The notes: a model not told the origin generated them from the letters alone. 64,000 nucleotides of DNA from Spirochaetia bacterium (GCA_963677595.1 OY782041.1:3104001-3168000), one strand, 5' to 3'; shown: positions 50,415-61,033, counted from the stretch's first letter. Program-made: numbers and translations.

Positions 50415-51887
50415 ATGGAATATAAGTATCAGGTACAGCATGAGAAGGGTAAATACCATGCCGTGGAGCGGATCGGGAAGCTCCTCGATCCCGATTCCTT
50501 CTTCGAGATCGGCTCGGGAATCGAGCATGACTGCCATGAGTTCGGCATGGATAAGAAACACTCCCCCTACGATGGGGTGATCACCGGCTTCGGGACGATC
50601 GCCTCCAGACAGGTCGCGATCTATTCCCAGGATTTCACCGTCCTCGGCGGGACACTCGGGGAGATGCACGGGAAGAAGATCGAGCGGATCATCGAGCTGG
50701 CCATCAAGAACCGGTGCCCCCTGATAGGTATCAATGATTCCGGCGGGGCTCGGATCCAGGAGGGGATCAAGGCACTCGGCGGCTACGGTGACATCTTCAG
50801 GCTCAATACCATGGCCTCAGGGTACATCCCGCAGATCTCGCTGATCCTTGGCCCCTGTGCCGGGGGTGCGGTCTACTCTCCCGGCATCACCGACTTCGTC
50901 TTCGTCGTGGACAATATCAGTAAGATGTTCGTGACAGGGCCGGCCGTGGTGAAGAAGGTGCTCTACGAGCATGTCGACAGCCAGACCCTCGGCGGGGCGA
51001 GGATGCACGCCGAGACCAGCGGGGTAGCCCATTTCTTCTCGAAGAGTGAGGATGATTGCTTCACCTCGGTCAAGGAGCTGCTTACCTTCCTGCCGCAGAG
51101 CAACAGGAAAGAACCCTGGAAGGTACAGGTGAAGCCCAATCACCGCTATGACATCTCTTCGCTGGTACCGCAGAACCCCAAGCAGACCTATGACATGCAC
51201 AAGGTCATCGAGAAGCTCTTCGATAGCTTCCTCGAGGTCTCGCGGGACTTCGCAAAGAACATCATCGTGGGGTTCGCGGCCCTGAACGGGATCAGCGTAG
51301 GCGTGATCGCCAACCAGCCGAGCCACCTCGCTGGCGTGATCGACTGCGATACCAGCGATAAGGCCGCCCGGTTCGTCCGGTTCTGCGATGCCTTCAATAT
51401 CCCTTTGGTGACCCTTGTTGATGTACCGGGGTTCATGCCGGGGAAGGAGCAGGAGAACCGGGGCATCATCAGGCATGGGTCCAAGCTCCTCTACGCCTAT
51501 TCGGAGGCCACCGTCCCGAAGATCACCGTCATCCTCAGGAAGGCTTACGGCGGGGCCTATATCGCGATGTGCTCCAAGCAGCTTGGGGCAGACTTCGTCT
51601 ACTGCTGGCCGAAAGCCGAGATCGCCGTGATGGGGGCCGAAGGAGCCGTGGAGGTGATCTTCAAGCGGGAGATCAAGCAGGAGGAACATCCTGAGGAGTT
51701 CATGGAGCGGAAGATCGCCGAGTACAAGGCCGGCTTCCTGAACCCCGATACCGCCGTACGGAGGGGGATCGTCGATGAGCTCATCGAGCCGGGGGATACC
51801 CGGGATTATATCTTCAAGAGCCTGCAGTTCTGTTCCGGCAAGGAGGCACAGCTCCCGCAGAAGAAGCACGGGAACATCCCGCTGTAG
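50415..51887 (+). CDS. Acyl-CoA carboxylase carboxyltransferase (beta) subunit, PccB/MmdA-like
   Basis: DFTVLGG.LG, DSGGARIQEG, GPCAGGAVYSP, DVPGF, RKAYGGAY and KKHGNIPL motifs. Confidence 0.93.
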   Translation: MEYKYQVQHEKGKYHAVERIGKLLDPDSFFEIGSGIEHDCHEFGMDKKHSPYDGVITGFGTIASRQVAIYSQDFTVLGGTLGEMHGKKIERIIELAIKNRCPLIGINDSGGARIQEGIKALGGYGDIFRLNTMASGYIPQISLILGPCAGGAVYSPGITDFVFVVDNISKMFVTGPAVVKKVLYEHVDSQTLGGARMHAETSGVAHFFSKSEDDCFTSVKELLTFLPQSNRKEPWKVQVKPNHRYDISSLVPQNPKQTYDMHKVIEKLFDSFLEVSRDFAKNIIVGFAALNGISVGVIANQPSHLAGVIDCDTSDKAARFVRFCDAFNIPLVTLVDVPGFMPGKEQENRGIIRHGSKLLYAYSEATVPKITVILRKAYGGAYIAMCSKQLGADFVYCWPKAEIAVMGAEGAVEVIFKREIKQEEHPEEFMERKIAEYKAGFLNPDTAVRRGIVDELIEPGDTRDYIFKSLQFCSGKEAQLPQKKHGNIPL

Positions 51888-51933
51888 GTGAGGGCGGCGG
51901 TATGCTGGTAGATTCATAATTATGATCATCTCT

Positions 51934-52013
51934 ATGTAACAAACTCTTTAAAATAAAAAGTTTTTGGACATTGATGTCATAAACTTTCCTATCTTACATT
52001 TTTATGGTATTGT
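51934..52013 (+). repeat. Two degenerate ~40-bp tandem units upstream of an ATPase gene
   Basis: atgt.a.aaact...ttt.tgg at 51934 and 51974; unit 1 has the internal dyad aaact...agttt. Confidence 0.5.
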
Positions 52014-52029
52014 TGTTGTGGAGGCGTGT

Positions 52030-53352
52030 ATGCGGAAACCGAGCACATTGATCATGCGTGAACAGTATCTCAGCAGGCTTATTGCATTCTCAGATACAGA
52101 TTCCATAAAAGTCATTACTGGTATCAGGCGATGCGGAAAATCAAGCATGTTGAAACTCATGGTCCGGTACCTGATTGAAGAACGGGGGATCGATCTTGAA
52201 CAGATCGTCGAGATGAATTTTGAATCTCTCGAGTTCTCGCAGATGGATGTCATGGCATTATATGAGTTCATACGGTCGAAGATAATCCCCGGCAAGCGTA
52301 TGTACCTGTTCTTTGACGAGATCCAACGAATTCCCCGCTGGCAGGATGCGGTGAACTCGTTCAGGGTCGACTTCGACTGTGACCAGTATATCACAGGTTC
52401 CAATGCCTATCTGCTCTCCTCCGAGTTCTCGACCTACCTTTCCGGCAGGTATGTGGAGATACAGATGCTGCCCTTATCTTTCAAGGAATTTCTCACGTTC
52501 CAAGGGTATCGTGTGACGATCTCTAACGCTCCCGACGGGACGGAGTCACGTCGGATCGTAGATGATGAGGGGAGACCGTTCTCGATAGCCGATATCTTGC
52601 GGGTGTATATCCGGTATGGAGGGCTTCCTGTTCTGGGGGATATAGCATTGGAGCAGGAGCATGCTCTGATACTGCTCGACGGGGTATTCTCGACAGTCGT
52701 CCTCCGTGATATCCTCCTCCGTGAGAGGAGGAGAGGCCAGCGTCAAATATCCGATACTTTCCTGCTGAAGAAGATCAGCCTCTTCCTGGCCGACAATATC
52801 GGGAACCCTACCTCCCTAACCTCGATAGGGAAGATGCTCGTCAGTCAGAGGGATCTGGATGAGGGGCACAGGAAGAGCAATCCAGCGGTACGCACCGTTA
52901 TCGCCTATGTGACTGCACTCCTGGAATCCTATGTATTCTATGAGATAAAGCGATTTGACATCAAGGGTCGTGAATACCTGAAGACCCTTGGCAAGTACTA
53001 TATCGTGGATCCAGGCTTGAGGAACTATCTTCTTGGCTTCAATGGACTGGATACCGGTCGTATGCTTGAGAACATCGTCTATCTTGAACTCCTTCGCCGC
53101 GGGTACGATCCCGCCGTAGGGAAGATCGGTGAAATGGAAATAGACTTTGTTGCCATTCGGGGAGATGAGATCCTCTATATCCAGGTAGCCTCGTCATTAG
53201 CTGATGAGGCTGCCCTGGAACGTGAAGTGAGACCATTCAGACAGGTTGTGAACGGGTATGCGAAGATACTCATTACCGGAGAACGCTATCTTGCGGCATC
53301 GGTGGATGGGTATCCTGTGATCTATCTTGGGGACTGGCTGCTGGAGCCGTGA
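52030..53352 (+). CDS. AAA_14 + DUF4143 ATPase
   Basis: IKVITGIRRCGKS, FFDEIQ, TGSNA, GGLP, KYYIVDPGLR, EN.VY, EIDF and YIQV motifs; RBS ggagg. Confidence 0.92.
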   Translation: MRKPSTLIMREQYLSRLIAFSDTDSIKVITGIRRCGKSSMLKLMVRYLIEERGIDLEQIVEMNFESLEFSQMDVMALYEFIRSKIIPGKRMYLFFDEIQRIPRWQDAVNSFRVDFDCDQYITGSNAYLLSSEFSTYLSGRYVEIQMLPLSFKEFLTFQGYRVTISNAPDGTESRRIVDDEGRPFSIADILRVYIRYGGLPVLGDIALEQEHALILLDGVFSTVVLRDILLRERRRGQRQISDTFLLKKISLFLADNIGNPTSLTSIGKMLVSQRDLDEGHRKSNPAVRTVIAYVTALLESYVFYEIKRFDIKGREYLKTLGKYYIVDPGLRNYLLGFNGLDTGRMLENIVYLELLRRGYDPAVGKIGEMEIDFVAIRGDEILYIQVASSLADEAALEREVRPFRQVVNGYAKILITGERYLAASVDGYPVIYLGDWLLEP

Positions 53353-53390
53353 CCTGTAGATACCCTCTACGAGGCCGCAGCGCTAGCCCC

Positions 53391-54509
53391 CTACTGCAGG
53401 AATTCTACGCAGTTCTCCGGTGTGACGGAGCTCTCTGCTGCGAGGTCGTAGATTTTCCGGAACGTGGTGTGACACGTCCTGTACCTGGATGGGGCCCACC
53501 TGAACTCGAAGGCGTGGAACTTCCCGTCATGCTCCTCGAGGTAGGGGACCCTCTCCTGTCTCTTGGTCCACCAGAACCTTGCCTTCGGAGATACCCCCTT
53601 GTGCATGTTGCGCTTCATCCGCTCACTGGCACAGAAGTTCTCCCATAACGCCTCACGGTCAGCACGGGAACACATCGGGGAGAAATCAGAGGCCAGGGCA
53701 TTCCTCAAGCCGGTATCATAGAAGTAGACCTTCCTGCCCCGCTGGTACTCCCAGTCAGGGGAGGTGCAGAGGATATCAAGATAAAAGATGATGAATGCCT
53801 CCTCCAGCATCTGTAAATATATCCTGGTCGTACTGGTGCTGAGCCCGGCGGCGTCTGCCAGTCCTTTCATGATGAGCACCTGCCCGTTCTGCAGTGCCAG
53901 GGTGTGCAGCAGCCTGATGAACCCGTCGGGATATCTGATCGTCTTAAGGCTGCACAGCTCTCGCTTTATGTTCTCCGAGATGGCCTGCAGCAGGTATTGT
54001 TCTTTCCCTGGGGATGTGACCACTTCCGGGTAATACCCGTAGAGCACCCGCTCTTCGAGCATCCGGTGTTCGGTGGCGGTATCGGTATGGGCAGCCATCT
54101 CACCAAAGGAGAGGGGATGCAGGTAGAGACTTGTGAGCTTCTTGTGATACGGCTCCTTGAGCCTGTTGGCAAGCTTGAGGGACCACGACCCGGTCGCCAG
54201 CACCTGCAGCCCCGGCATGACGGACGTGATCCGATGAAGGATCAGCCCGATATGCTCGATCCTCTGCGCTTCCTCGATGATCAGTGATGCATAGCCTGAG
54301 AGCTGTGTCATCAGCCTGCTGCCTGCGATCCTGCGGAGGAGTTTCCCCGTCCCCGGGTGGGTGCCATCGAGCCAGAGGACATCATCTGCATGCTTGAACA
54401 GGTCCCGAAGCAGGGACCTCTTCCCTGCATGCTGCGGCCCGCAGACCAGTAAGGCTTTTCCCGGGCGGCAGCCCGCCAGGATGCCAGCTTCAATGTTTCG
54501 TGTAATCAC
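53391..54509 (-). CDS. Motif-degenerate AAA_14 + DUF4143 paralogue
   Basis: Walker A GPQHAGKR, Walker B IIEEAQ, nuclease region ERVPYL...FEFRW; K.YFYDTGLRNAL and LWENF retained; GTG start after RBS ggagg. Confidence 0.8.
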   Translation of the reverse strand: MITRNIEAGILAGCRPGKALLVCGPQHAGKRSLLRDLFKHADDVLWLDGTHPGTGKLLRRIAGSRLMTQLSGYASLIIEEAQRIEHIGLILHRITSVMPGLQVLATGSWSLKLANRLKEPYHKKLTSLYLHPLSFGEMAAHTDTATEHRMLEERVLYGYYPEVVTSPGKEQYLLQAISENIKRELCSLKTIRYPDGFIRLLHTLALQNGQVLIMKGLADAAGLSTSTTRIYLQMLEEAFIIFYLDILCTSPDWEYQRGRKVYFYDTGLRNALASDFSPMCSRADREALWENFCASERMKRNMHKGVSPKARFWWTKRQERVPYLEEHDGKFHAFEFRWAPSRYRTCHTTFRKIYDLAAESSVTPENCVEFLQ

Positions 54510-54561
54510 TTCCAGCCTCCGGCCACAGTATAGGCCAGGATAGGATAAAGTCAACCATTTC

Positions 54562-55857
54562 CTATGGAAAAGAGTTAGCTTTTCCTATGGAAAAGAGTTC
54601 GCTGGGGTTGCGGTAGAAGATCCGCTCGGCGATGAACTCCGCCTGGCTGATATCCAGTTTGCCCCTTGATACCATCTCCGACAGGGCTGAAGCGATGTTC
54701 TCCTTCGCTATCCGCAGGTGGCCGGCAACCAGATCGATGCGTGATACGTCGCCTCCGAAAGCCATGACCTTGTTGACCGGGACAGTGTCGATCAGCTCCT
54801 TCAGGAACCTCCTGCTTGCCTCAGGCGCGATGATATGAGCCCAGCACATGTCGATGTAGACGTTGGGGAAGGTCTTTGCCAGGACTGCTGTATATCCCTG
54901 GTAGGGGTACCCTATATGGAAGAGGTCGAACGAGAGGTCGGGGTACTCGCAGAAGAGATTTGTCAGCAGCCTCGGGTCCGCGTTCCTGACCTCATTGCTG
55001 TTCCCTGCCTGCAGCCCGGTATGGATCTGGAAGACGAGCCCCCGCCTGTTTGCCAGACCCATGATGTGATGGAGCATGTGGTCCTGTGCCGCTTCCCCGA
55101 ACATGATGTATTTCGGGTTCCAGTCAGGATATCGCTTGGCAGCGAAGACGGGGTTGAAGGCTGCCTCCGCTTCATGCAGGGAAGCCCGTTCGAAACAGAG
55201 GCTCCGCCTGTAGGCGAGTCCCAGCTTGAACGCCTTCGCACCCTCCCTGACTGCCCGGTCAAGGAGGATGCTGCAGGCCTCCTTCCAGTCCCCGAAGCTG
55301 CAGATACGGATGCCCGATGCGCTCTCGATCCTGCGGATCTCCTCCCAGCTCTGCGGGGAGATGAAGGTGTCAACCCGGCACACCCCGGTGAAGCATGCAG
55401 GGTCACAGTCGATGAGGTAGTCCCCGGTGTCGAGGAGGCAGGTCTCGATATGATACCGGTCGAGGAGCTCCCTCGTATACCCCTCACGGTCGAGCTGTCG
55501 CTTGAACCGGGCATCGAGCTCCTCGATCGTTGAGGAATCGATCCGGTCGATGGAGTAGAGGGCCTGCACGGTCACATCGAGATGTCTCCCGTAGCCGGTG
55601 AGCCTGCAGAGCTCCCAGTAAGGTTCGACGGCCTTCCAGCGGTCAAGGATCGGGAGCGAGCTGTCCTGGAGCAGCAGGTAATCCTGGTCTGACAGCCCTG
55701 CGGATGCCAGGTCATACCTGAAGTACTGGCTGGTATACTCAGCAAGGAGGTCAGTCTCCCTGCTGCGGAGCTGCTCGAACCCCGGCAGGTGCTCATGCGT
55801 GTCTATGACCCGCACGCCTTCCAGGTATTCACGCAGCTGATCGTGGAACTTGTTCAT
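54562..55857 (-). CDS. Amidohydrolase-superfamily protein (possible uronate isomerase-like)
   Basis: VIDTHEHL, FQIHTG, FDLFH.GYP and FGGD motifs; next to the uxu cluster. Confidence 0.75.
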   Translation of the reverse strand: MNKFHDQLREYLEGVRVIDTHEHLPGFEQLRSRETDLLAEYTSQYFRYDLASAGLSDQDYLLLQDSSLPILDRWKAVEPYWELCRLTGYGRHLDVTVQALYSIDRIDSSTIEELDARFKRQLDREGYTRELLDRYHIETCLLDTGDYLIDCDPACFTGVCRVDTFISPQSWEEIRRIESASGIRICSFGDWKEACSILLDRAVREGAKAFKLGLAYRRSLCFERASLHEAEAAFNPVFAAKRYPDWNPKYIMFGEAAQDHMLHHIMGLANRRGLVFQIHTGLQAGNSNEVRNADPRLLTNLFCEYPDLSFDLFHIGYPYQGYTAVLAKTFPNVYIDMCWAHIIAPEASRRFLKELIDTVPVNKVMAFGGDVSRIDLVAGHLRIAKENIASALSEMVSRGKLDISQAEFIAERIFYRNPSELFSIGKANSFP

Positions 55858-55963
55858 GACTTTCCCCCTGCAGTCTCAGATCATACCATATCGGAGATGA
55901 GAAGACAGCCCGTATTGCGGCATGATGCAGAAATACTGCAAATGCAGTATTCCTGCAACGAGG

Positions 55964-56716
55964 TCAGGTATCGGAAGAGAACAGCTTCCCGAACTCAGGA
56001 TGGTTCCCGAAGATGTCTGCATCGCTGAGGAAGCGCTCCTCGGAGAGGAAGTAGTCAGGATACTGTTCGCAGATACTGTCCTTCTCCGTGATCAGCCTCC
56101 TGACATGGGTCCTCATGATCGCGCTGGCCTCAGCTGCGTCATGCTGCTCCACAGCCTCTACGATGGAGACGTGGTGCTGCATGTTGACCCCAGAGAGACC
56201 TGCCATAAGGACCGAGAGGTACCGTATCCGGCGGTAATGGCCGGAGAAGCTGGTCAGGAGGTTATAACAGAGCTGCTTCTTCGTCTCGTCGAACATGATG
56301 CCGTGGAACTGGTCGTCATAATCGAGGAACTTCGCGTAATCCTTCTGCTCGATGGCAGCCTGCTGTTTCTTCAGGTTGAGCCTGAGCCGGTCGATGCTCT
56401 CCTCGCTGTGGTAATCGGCAAAGAGTTCCACCACCGCACATTCGAGGGATTCGCGCAGGAACCGCTCCTCCTGTACCCGGGCTAAGTCGATCTTGGAGAC
56501 GAAGGTCCCCTTCTGGGGGATGATCGTCACCAGCCCTTCCTGGGAGAGGCGTATGAACGCCTCTCTGACGGGCGTCCTGCTGACATTCAGCTTCTCCGAT
56601 ATATCCTTCTCGCTGATCATGGTCCCGGGCTTGAGATTGAAGTTGACGATGTTCTTATAGATCAGTGCATAGATGGACTCACTGAAGTTCGAGCCGCTTC
56701 TCCTCTGTTTCTGCAT
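55964..56716 (-). CDS. GntR/FadR-family transcriptional regulator (FCD domain)
   Basis: LKPG..ISE...VSRTPVREA...PQKGTFV and D.QFH...H..I motifs; start codon uncertain (56716 or 56728). Confidence 0.92.
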   Translation of the reverse strand: MQKQRRSGSNFSESIYALIYKNIVNFNLKPGTMISEKDISEKLNVSRTPVREAFIRLSQEGLVTIIPQKGTFVSKIDLARVQEERFLRESLECAVVELFADYHSEESIDRLRLNLKKQQAAIEQKDYAKFLDYDDQFHGIMFDETKKQLCYNLLTSFSGHYRRIRYLSVLMAGLSGVNMQHHVSIVEAVEQHDAAEASAIMRTHVRRLITEKDSICEQYPDYFLSEERFLSDADIFGNHPEFGKLFSSDT

Positions 56717-56748
56717 AGGCCTCTCCATATGGGATTCTGTTGACATTT

Positions 56749-56985
56749 TAGTATACAAGATGGTAAATAACAAGAGCATTTATGATTAACAAGTACAAGT
56801 ATACAAGTATACTAATCTTTCTGAATGTAGGAGATTTCGGTACAAAACTGGTAAATGATCAGAAAATACGTGAAATTAACGAATTTAGAATGATTGTACA
56901 CAAATAGAGACTGTTTTCAACGACCCGTAAAAGCGTGAAAATAATCCTTGCGCAATCAAAACACATATGCTAGTATACAAGTATA
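56749..56985. promoter_or_regulatory. Putative GntR operator sites agtatacaag
   Basis: Copies at 56749-56759, 56797-56814 and 56971-56985 between the divergent regulator and the TRAP operon. Confidence 0.7.
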
Positions 56986-57006
56986 AAAGACTGATTAAGG
57001 AGTTGC

Positions 57007-58014
57007 ATGATGAAAATGAGCAAACGATTACTCATCGCAGCAGTGATGATCGCCATGGTTCTCGGTAGTGTTACCGCACAGGGACAGAAGGACGCAGCAG
57101 AGGACAAGACCTATGTCCTGAAGATGTCGACACAGTTGAACGAGTCGAGCCCGATGGTCCAGGGTTTCAAGGAGTGGGCCAAGAGTGTATCAGAGAAAAC
57201 AGATGGGAAGGTGGAGATCCAGATATACCCCTCAGCCCAGCTCGGCAGTGACGAGGACGTCATCGAGCAGGCTATCCAGGGTGTGAACGTCGCGGTCCTG
57301 ACTGACGGCGGGAGGATGAGCAACTATGTGAAGGACATCGGTATCATCGGTATGCCGTACATCGCGCAGAACTATGACGACGTCCTTGCGATCACCAAGA
57401 CTGCGACCTTCGACGGCTGGGTCGATGAGCTCGCAAGCCAGAACGGCATCCAGGTGCTGAGCTTCAACTGGTATGACGGTGCACGACACTTCCTCACCAA
57501 CAAGCCGATCAAGGAACCTGCTGACCTCAACGGTGTGCGGGTACGTACTCCCGGTGCCCCGGTATGGTCAGAGTCCGTAGCGGCAATGGGGGCTACCCCG
57601 ATCGCCATGAACTGGCCTGATACCTACAACGGTGTCCAGTCCAAGGCTATCGACGGCTGTGAGGCGCAGCATACCGCTTCCTACGGACTGCGGATCTATG
57701 AAGTACTGAAATATATCAACAAGACTGCGCATTTCCAGCTGGTCAATGGTATCATCGTAGGGGAGAAGTGGTTCAACACCCTTCCCGAAGCGTACCAGAC
57801 GATCCTGGTCGATGAGTGCAAGGCTGCAGCGACCGTGAACGCACGGCTCGTGGAGCAGCTCTCGGATGAGTTCGAGCAGAAGATGGTCGATGAGGGCATG
57901 ATCGTCAACGACGATGTCGACGTGGCAAGCTTCAAGGCTGCCTCGGAAGCTGCCTATGAGAAGCTCGGTTTCAACGACCTGCGCAAGCAGATCTTCGCAG
58001 AGATCGGGAAATAA
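57007..58014 (+). CDS. dctP: TRAP transporter substrate-binding protein
   Basis: Signal peptide; IYPSAQLG, G.RH, DLNGVRVR and GA.P motifs. Confidence 0.93.
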   Translation: MMKMSKRLLIAAVMIAMVLGSVTAQGQKDAAEDKTYVLKMSTQLNESSPMVQGFKEWAKSVSEKTDGKVEIQIYPSAQLGSDEDVIEQAIQGVNVAVLTDGGRMSNYVKDIGIIGMPYIAQNYDDVLAITKTATFDGWVDELASQNGIQVLSFNWYDGARHFLTNKPIKEPADLNGVRVRTPGAPVWSESVAAMGATPIAMNWPDTYNGVQSKAIDGCEAQHTASYGLRIYEVLKYINKTAHFQLVNGIIVGEKWFNTLPEAYQTILVDECKAAATVNARLVEQLSDEFEQKMVDEGMIVNDDVDVASFKAASEAAYEKLGFNDLRKQIFAEIGK

Positions 58015-58038
58015 GAGCGGGTACGAGGGAGCAAGAGT

Positions 58039-58512
58039 ATGAGAAGAGTATATGGTGCATTCTGCAGGATCGAGGAGTTCGTCGTCGGTACCTTCATCGT
58101 TACCGTGACGGCCCTGGTGTTCCTCTCCGCAGTGGCAAGGACTATCAAGCATCCCATCAACTGGGCGCAGGATGTATCATTGCTCCTCTTCGCCTGGACC
58201 GTGTTCCTCGGTGCCGATGTGGCACTCCGGGAGAAGGACTTCGTCAATGTCGACATGCTCGTCTCCCGGTTCCCGGAGCGGATCCGGACCGTCCTCTACT
58301 ACCTGTGGAACACGGTCATCATCGGGTTTTTGTTCCTGCTGATCCGGTTCGGGATACCCTTGAGTATCGATAACTCGAAGCGGTTGTTCCAGACGCTCGG
58401 GATCAGTTATTCCTGGGCCTCGATCAGTGTCCCCATCGGGGCGCTGTTCATGATGGTGACGGTCATCCTGAAACTGATCGTTCATATTCGAAACAACAGG
58501 GCAGGGAGGTAA
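58039..58512 (+). CDS. dctQ: TRAP transporter small permease
   Basis: 4 TM segments; W...S..LFAW.VFLGA motif. Confidence 0.9.
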   Translation: MRRVYGAFCRIEEFVVGTFIVTVTALVFLSAVARTIKHPINWAQDVSLLLFAWTVFLGADVALREKDFVNVDMLVSRFPERIRTVLYYLWNTVIIGFLFLLIRFGIPLSIDNSKRLFQTLGISYSWASISVPIGALFMMVTVILKLIVHIRNNRAGR

Positions 58513-58516
58513 GGCT

Positions 58517-59797
58517 ATGGGTATCGTTGTCATACTGTTTCTGGTCTTCCTGCTGCTCGGCATGCCCGTAGCTTTTGCCATCGGGATATCGGGGGCCGCG
58601 TTCTTCTTCGTGACAGACGGGCTGCCGTTCACGATCATCGCACAGAAGGTGCTGAGCTCGACCCAGAGTTTCACCCTGCTGGCCTTGCCGCTGTTCATCT
58701 TCGCCGGTAACCTGATGAACAACACCGGCATCACGAAGCGCCTGCTCAAGCTGGCGAACCTCCTGACCGGCCATATGTACGGTCATCTCGCGCAGGTCTC
58801 CTGCGTCCTCTCCACCCTCATGGGCGGGGTCTCCGGTTCGGCGAATGCCGATGCGGCGATGGAATGCCGTATCCTGGGACCGGAGATGACCAAGCGAGGC
58901 TATAAGAAGGGGTATTCTTCCGCGATCAACGGCTGTTCAGCCCTGATCACCGCAACGATCCCGCCGAGTATGGGGCTCATCATCTACGGGTCCATCGGCG
59001 AAGTGTCGATTGGGCGGCTGTTTGCCGCGGGAATCGTCCCCGGACTCCTCATGATGATCGCCCTCATGATCGCCGTCCGCTTCACGTCGAAGCGATACGG
59101 GTACCGGGGTGAGAACACCCGGAAGCCCACCGCCGGTGAGATCGTTCGGGCCTTCATCGACAGTATCTGGGCGATCCTGTTCCCGGTCATCCTGCTCGTC
59201 GGTATCAGGTTCGGTATCCTGACCCCGTCGGAGTCAGGGGCCTTCGCTGCGGTCTATGCCATCGTCATCGGGGCCTTCATCTATAAGGAACTGACCTGGA
59301 AGACCTTCCTCGAGACGGTGAAGCACAGCATCAGGGATATCGGGATCATCATGATCATCGTCGCGCTCTCAGGCATATTCGGCTACGGGATCGTCTATGA
59401 CCGTATCCCCCAGGTGATGGCCGAGTTCCTGATCGGGGTGACGGGGAATCCCTACCTCCTGCTGTTCATCGTCATCATGCTGCTGGTGTTCAGCGGTATG
59501 TTCGTGGAGACGACGGTAGTCGCGCTCCTGCTGACACCGATCCTGCTGCCCGTCGTGACGAACGTCGGCATCGACCCGGTCCAGTTCGGGATCATCATGA
59601 TGACGATCGTCACCATGGGGATCATGACCCCGCCGGTCGGCATAGCGATCTATACGACGTCGAGCATCATGGGCTGCAAGCCCGAGGAGACGGCGAAGGA
59701 GGCAGTGCCCTTCATCCTGGCGATCATCGTCGTGGTCGGGATCTGCATCTTCTGGAAGGACCTGATCCTCTTCCTGCCGAACCTGATCTTCGGCTGA
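58517..59797 (+). CDS. dctM: TRAP transporter large permease
   Basis: GMPVAFA, SGSA.AD, IPPS, TPSES and TPPVG motifs. Confidence 0.94.
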   Translation: MGIVVILFLVFLLLGMPVAFAIGISGAAFFFVTDGLPFTIIAQKVLSSTQSFTLLALPLFIFAGNLMNNTGITKRLLKLANLLTGHMYGHLAQVSCVLSTLMGGVSGSANADAAMECRILGPEMTKRGYKKGYSSAINGCSALITATIPPSMGLIIYGSIGEVSIGRLFAAGIVPGLLMMIALMIAVRFTSKRYGYRGENTRKPTAGEIVRAFIDSIWAILFPVILLVGIRFGILTPSESGAFAAVYAIVIGAFIYKELTWKTFLETVKHSIRDIGIIMIIVALSGIFGYGIVYDRIPQVMAEFLIGVTGNPYLLLFIVIMLLVFSGMFVETTVVALLLTPILLPVVTNVGIDPVQFGIIMMTIVTMGIMTPPVGIAIYTTSSIMGCKPEETAKEAVPFILAIIVVVGICIFWKDLILFLPNLIFG

Positions 59798-59949
59798 CGA
59801 ATGCAGCCGCTTCCCCCGGCAAACAGGCTGGCTGACCGGGGGAGTTCTTCTTCCCGTAAGCCGGCGCTACGTAGAATGAAAAGAACCAAGGACACTGAGA
59901 TCGTATTCCCGTATCAGGCTTCGAGTGTGTCCGGATGGAGAGTATAAAC

Positions 59950-61023
59950 ATGATGAAAATGAGTTTCCGCTGGTACGGTCCCGGGTATGACTCGATCAGC
60001 CTCGAGAATATCCGGCAGATCCCAGGTATGGCAGGTGTCATCACGACACTCTTCGGGAAACAGGCCGGGGAGCTCTGGGAGACAGCTGAGATACGCTCCC
60101 TGCGTGATACCGTAGAACAGTCAGGGATGAAGATCCTGGGTATCGAGAGCGTCAATGTCTGTGATGAGATCAAGGTAGGGCACCCGAAGAGGGACCTCTA
60201 CATCGAGCGGTATATCGAGACGCTGAAGAACCTCTCACAGGCCGGGATCGACATGGTCTGCTACAACTTCATGAGCGTGTTCGACTGGACGCGGTCTGAC
60301 CTTGCCAAGCTGCGGCCTGACGGCTCCACCGTGCTTGCCTATGACCAGCGTGTGATAGATGGGATCAAGCCTGAGGAGATGTTCGACCGTATGGAAGGCA
60401 GCTCCAACGGGTTCCTGCTCCCCGGCTGGGAGGCGGAACGCCTCGGGAAGATCCGCGAGCTCTTCGGTCTCTACCAGGAGATAGACGGCGAGAAGATGTT
60501 CAGCAACCTCGTCTATTTCCTCAAGGCGATCATGCCGACCTGTGAGACCTATGGGGTGAAGATGGCCATCCATATAGACGACCCCGTCTGGGATATCTTC
60601 GGGCTGCCGCGGATCGTCAAGAATAATGCGGACCTGGCCAGACTGACAACAGCTGTGCCGAGCGAGTACAATGGCGTGACGCTGTGTACGGGATCCTTGA
60701 GCAGTAATCCCCTCAACGATATACCGGCCATCATCCGGTCCCTCAAAGGCAGGATCCATTTCGCGCATGTGCGGAACACCAGGCATACCGCCCCCGGCGT
60801 GTTCGAGGAATCCGCACACCTCTCATCAGACGGTTCGCTCGATATGTATGAGATCATACGGGCCTTCAACGACATCGGCTATGAGGGACCGGTACGGCCC
60901 GACCATGGCCGGGCGATCTGGGGGGAGCAGTCCATGCCGGGCTACGGCCTCTATGACCGTGCCCTTGGCGCTTCCTACCTCATGGGCCTGATGGAAGCGG
61001 TCGAGAAACAGGGCAGAAGGTAA
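59950..61023 (+). CDS. uxuA: Mannonate dehydratase
   Basis: MSFRWYG, CYNFM..FDWTR, RPDHGR and PGYGLYDRALG motifs. Confidence 0.96.
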   Translation: MMKMSFRWYGPGYDSISLENIRQIPGMAGVITTLFGKQAGELWETAEIRSLRDTVEQSGMKILGIESVNVCDEIKVGHPKRDLYIERYIETLKNLSQAGIDMVCYNFMSVFDWTRSDLAKLRPDGSTVLAYDQRVIDGIKPEEMFDRMEGSSNGFLLPGWEAERLGKIRELFGLYQEIDGEKMFSNLVYFLKAIMPTCETYGVKMAIHIDDPVWDIFGLPRIVKNNADLARLTTAVPSEYNGVTLCTGSLSSNPLNDIPAIIRSLKGRIHFAHVRNTRHTAPGVFEESAHLSSDGSLDMYEIIRAFNDIGYEGPVRPDHGRAIWGEQSMPGYGLYDRALGASYLMGLMEAVEKQGRR

Positions 61024-61033
61024 GGAGCAGAGA

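Noticed and set aside
50817-51929. 370-aa minus-strand ORF and similar long antisense ORFs in 50-63 kb
   Set aside because: Shadow frames of well-conserved genes in GC-rich DNA, with no recognisable motifs
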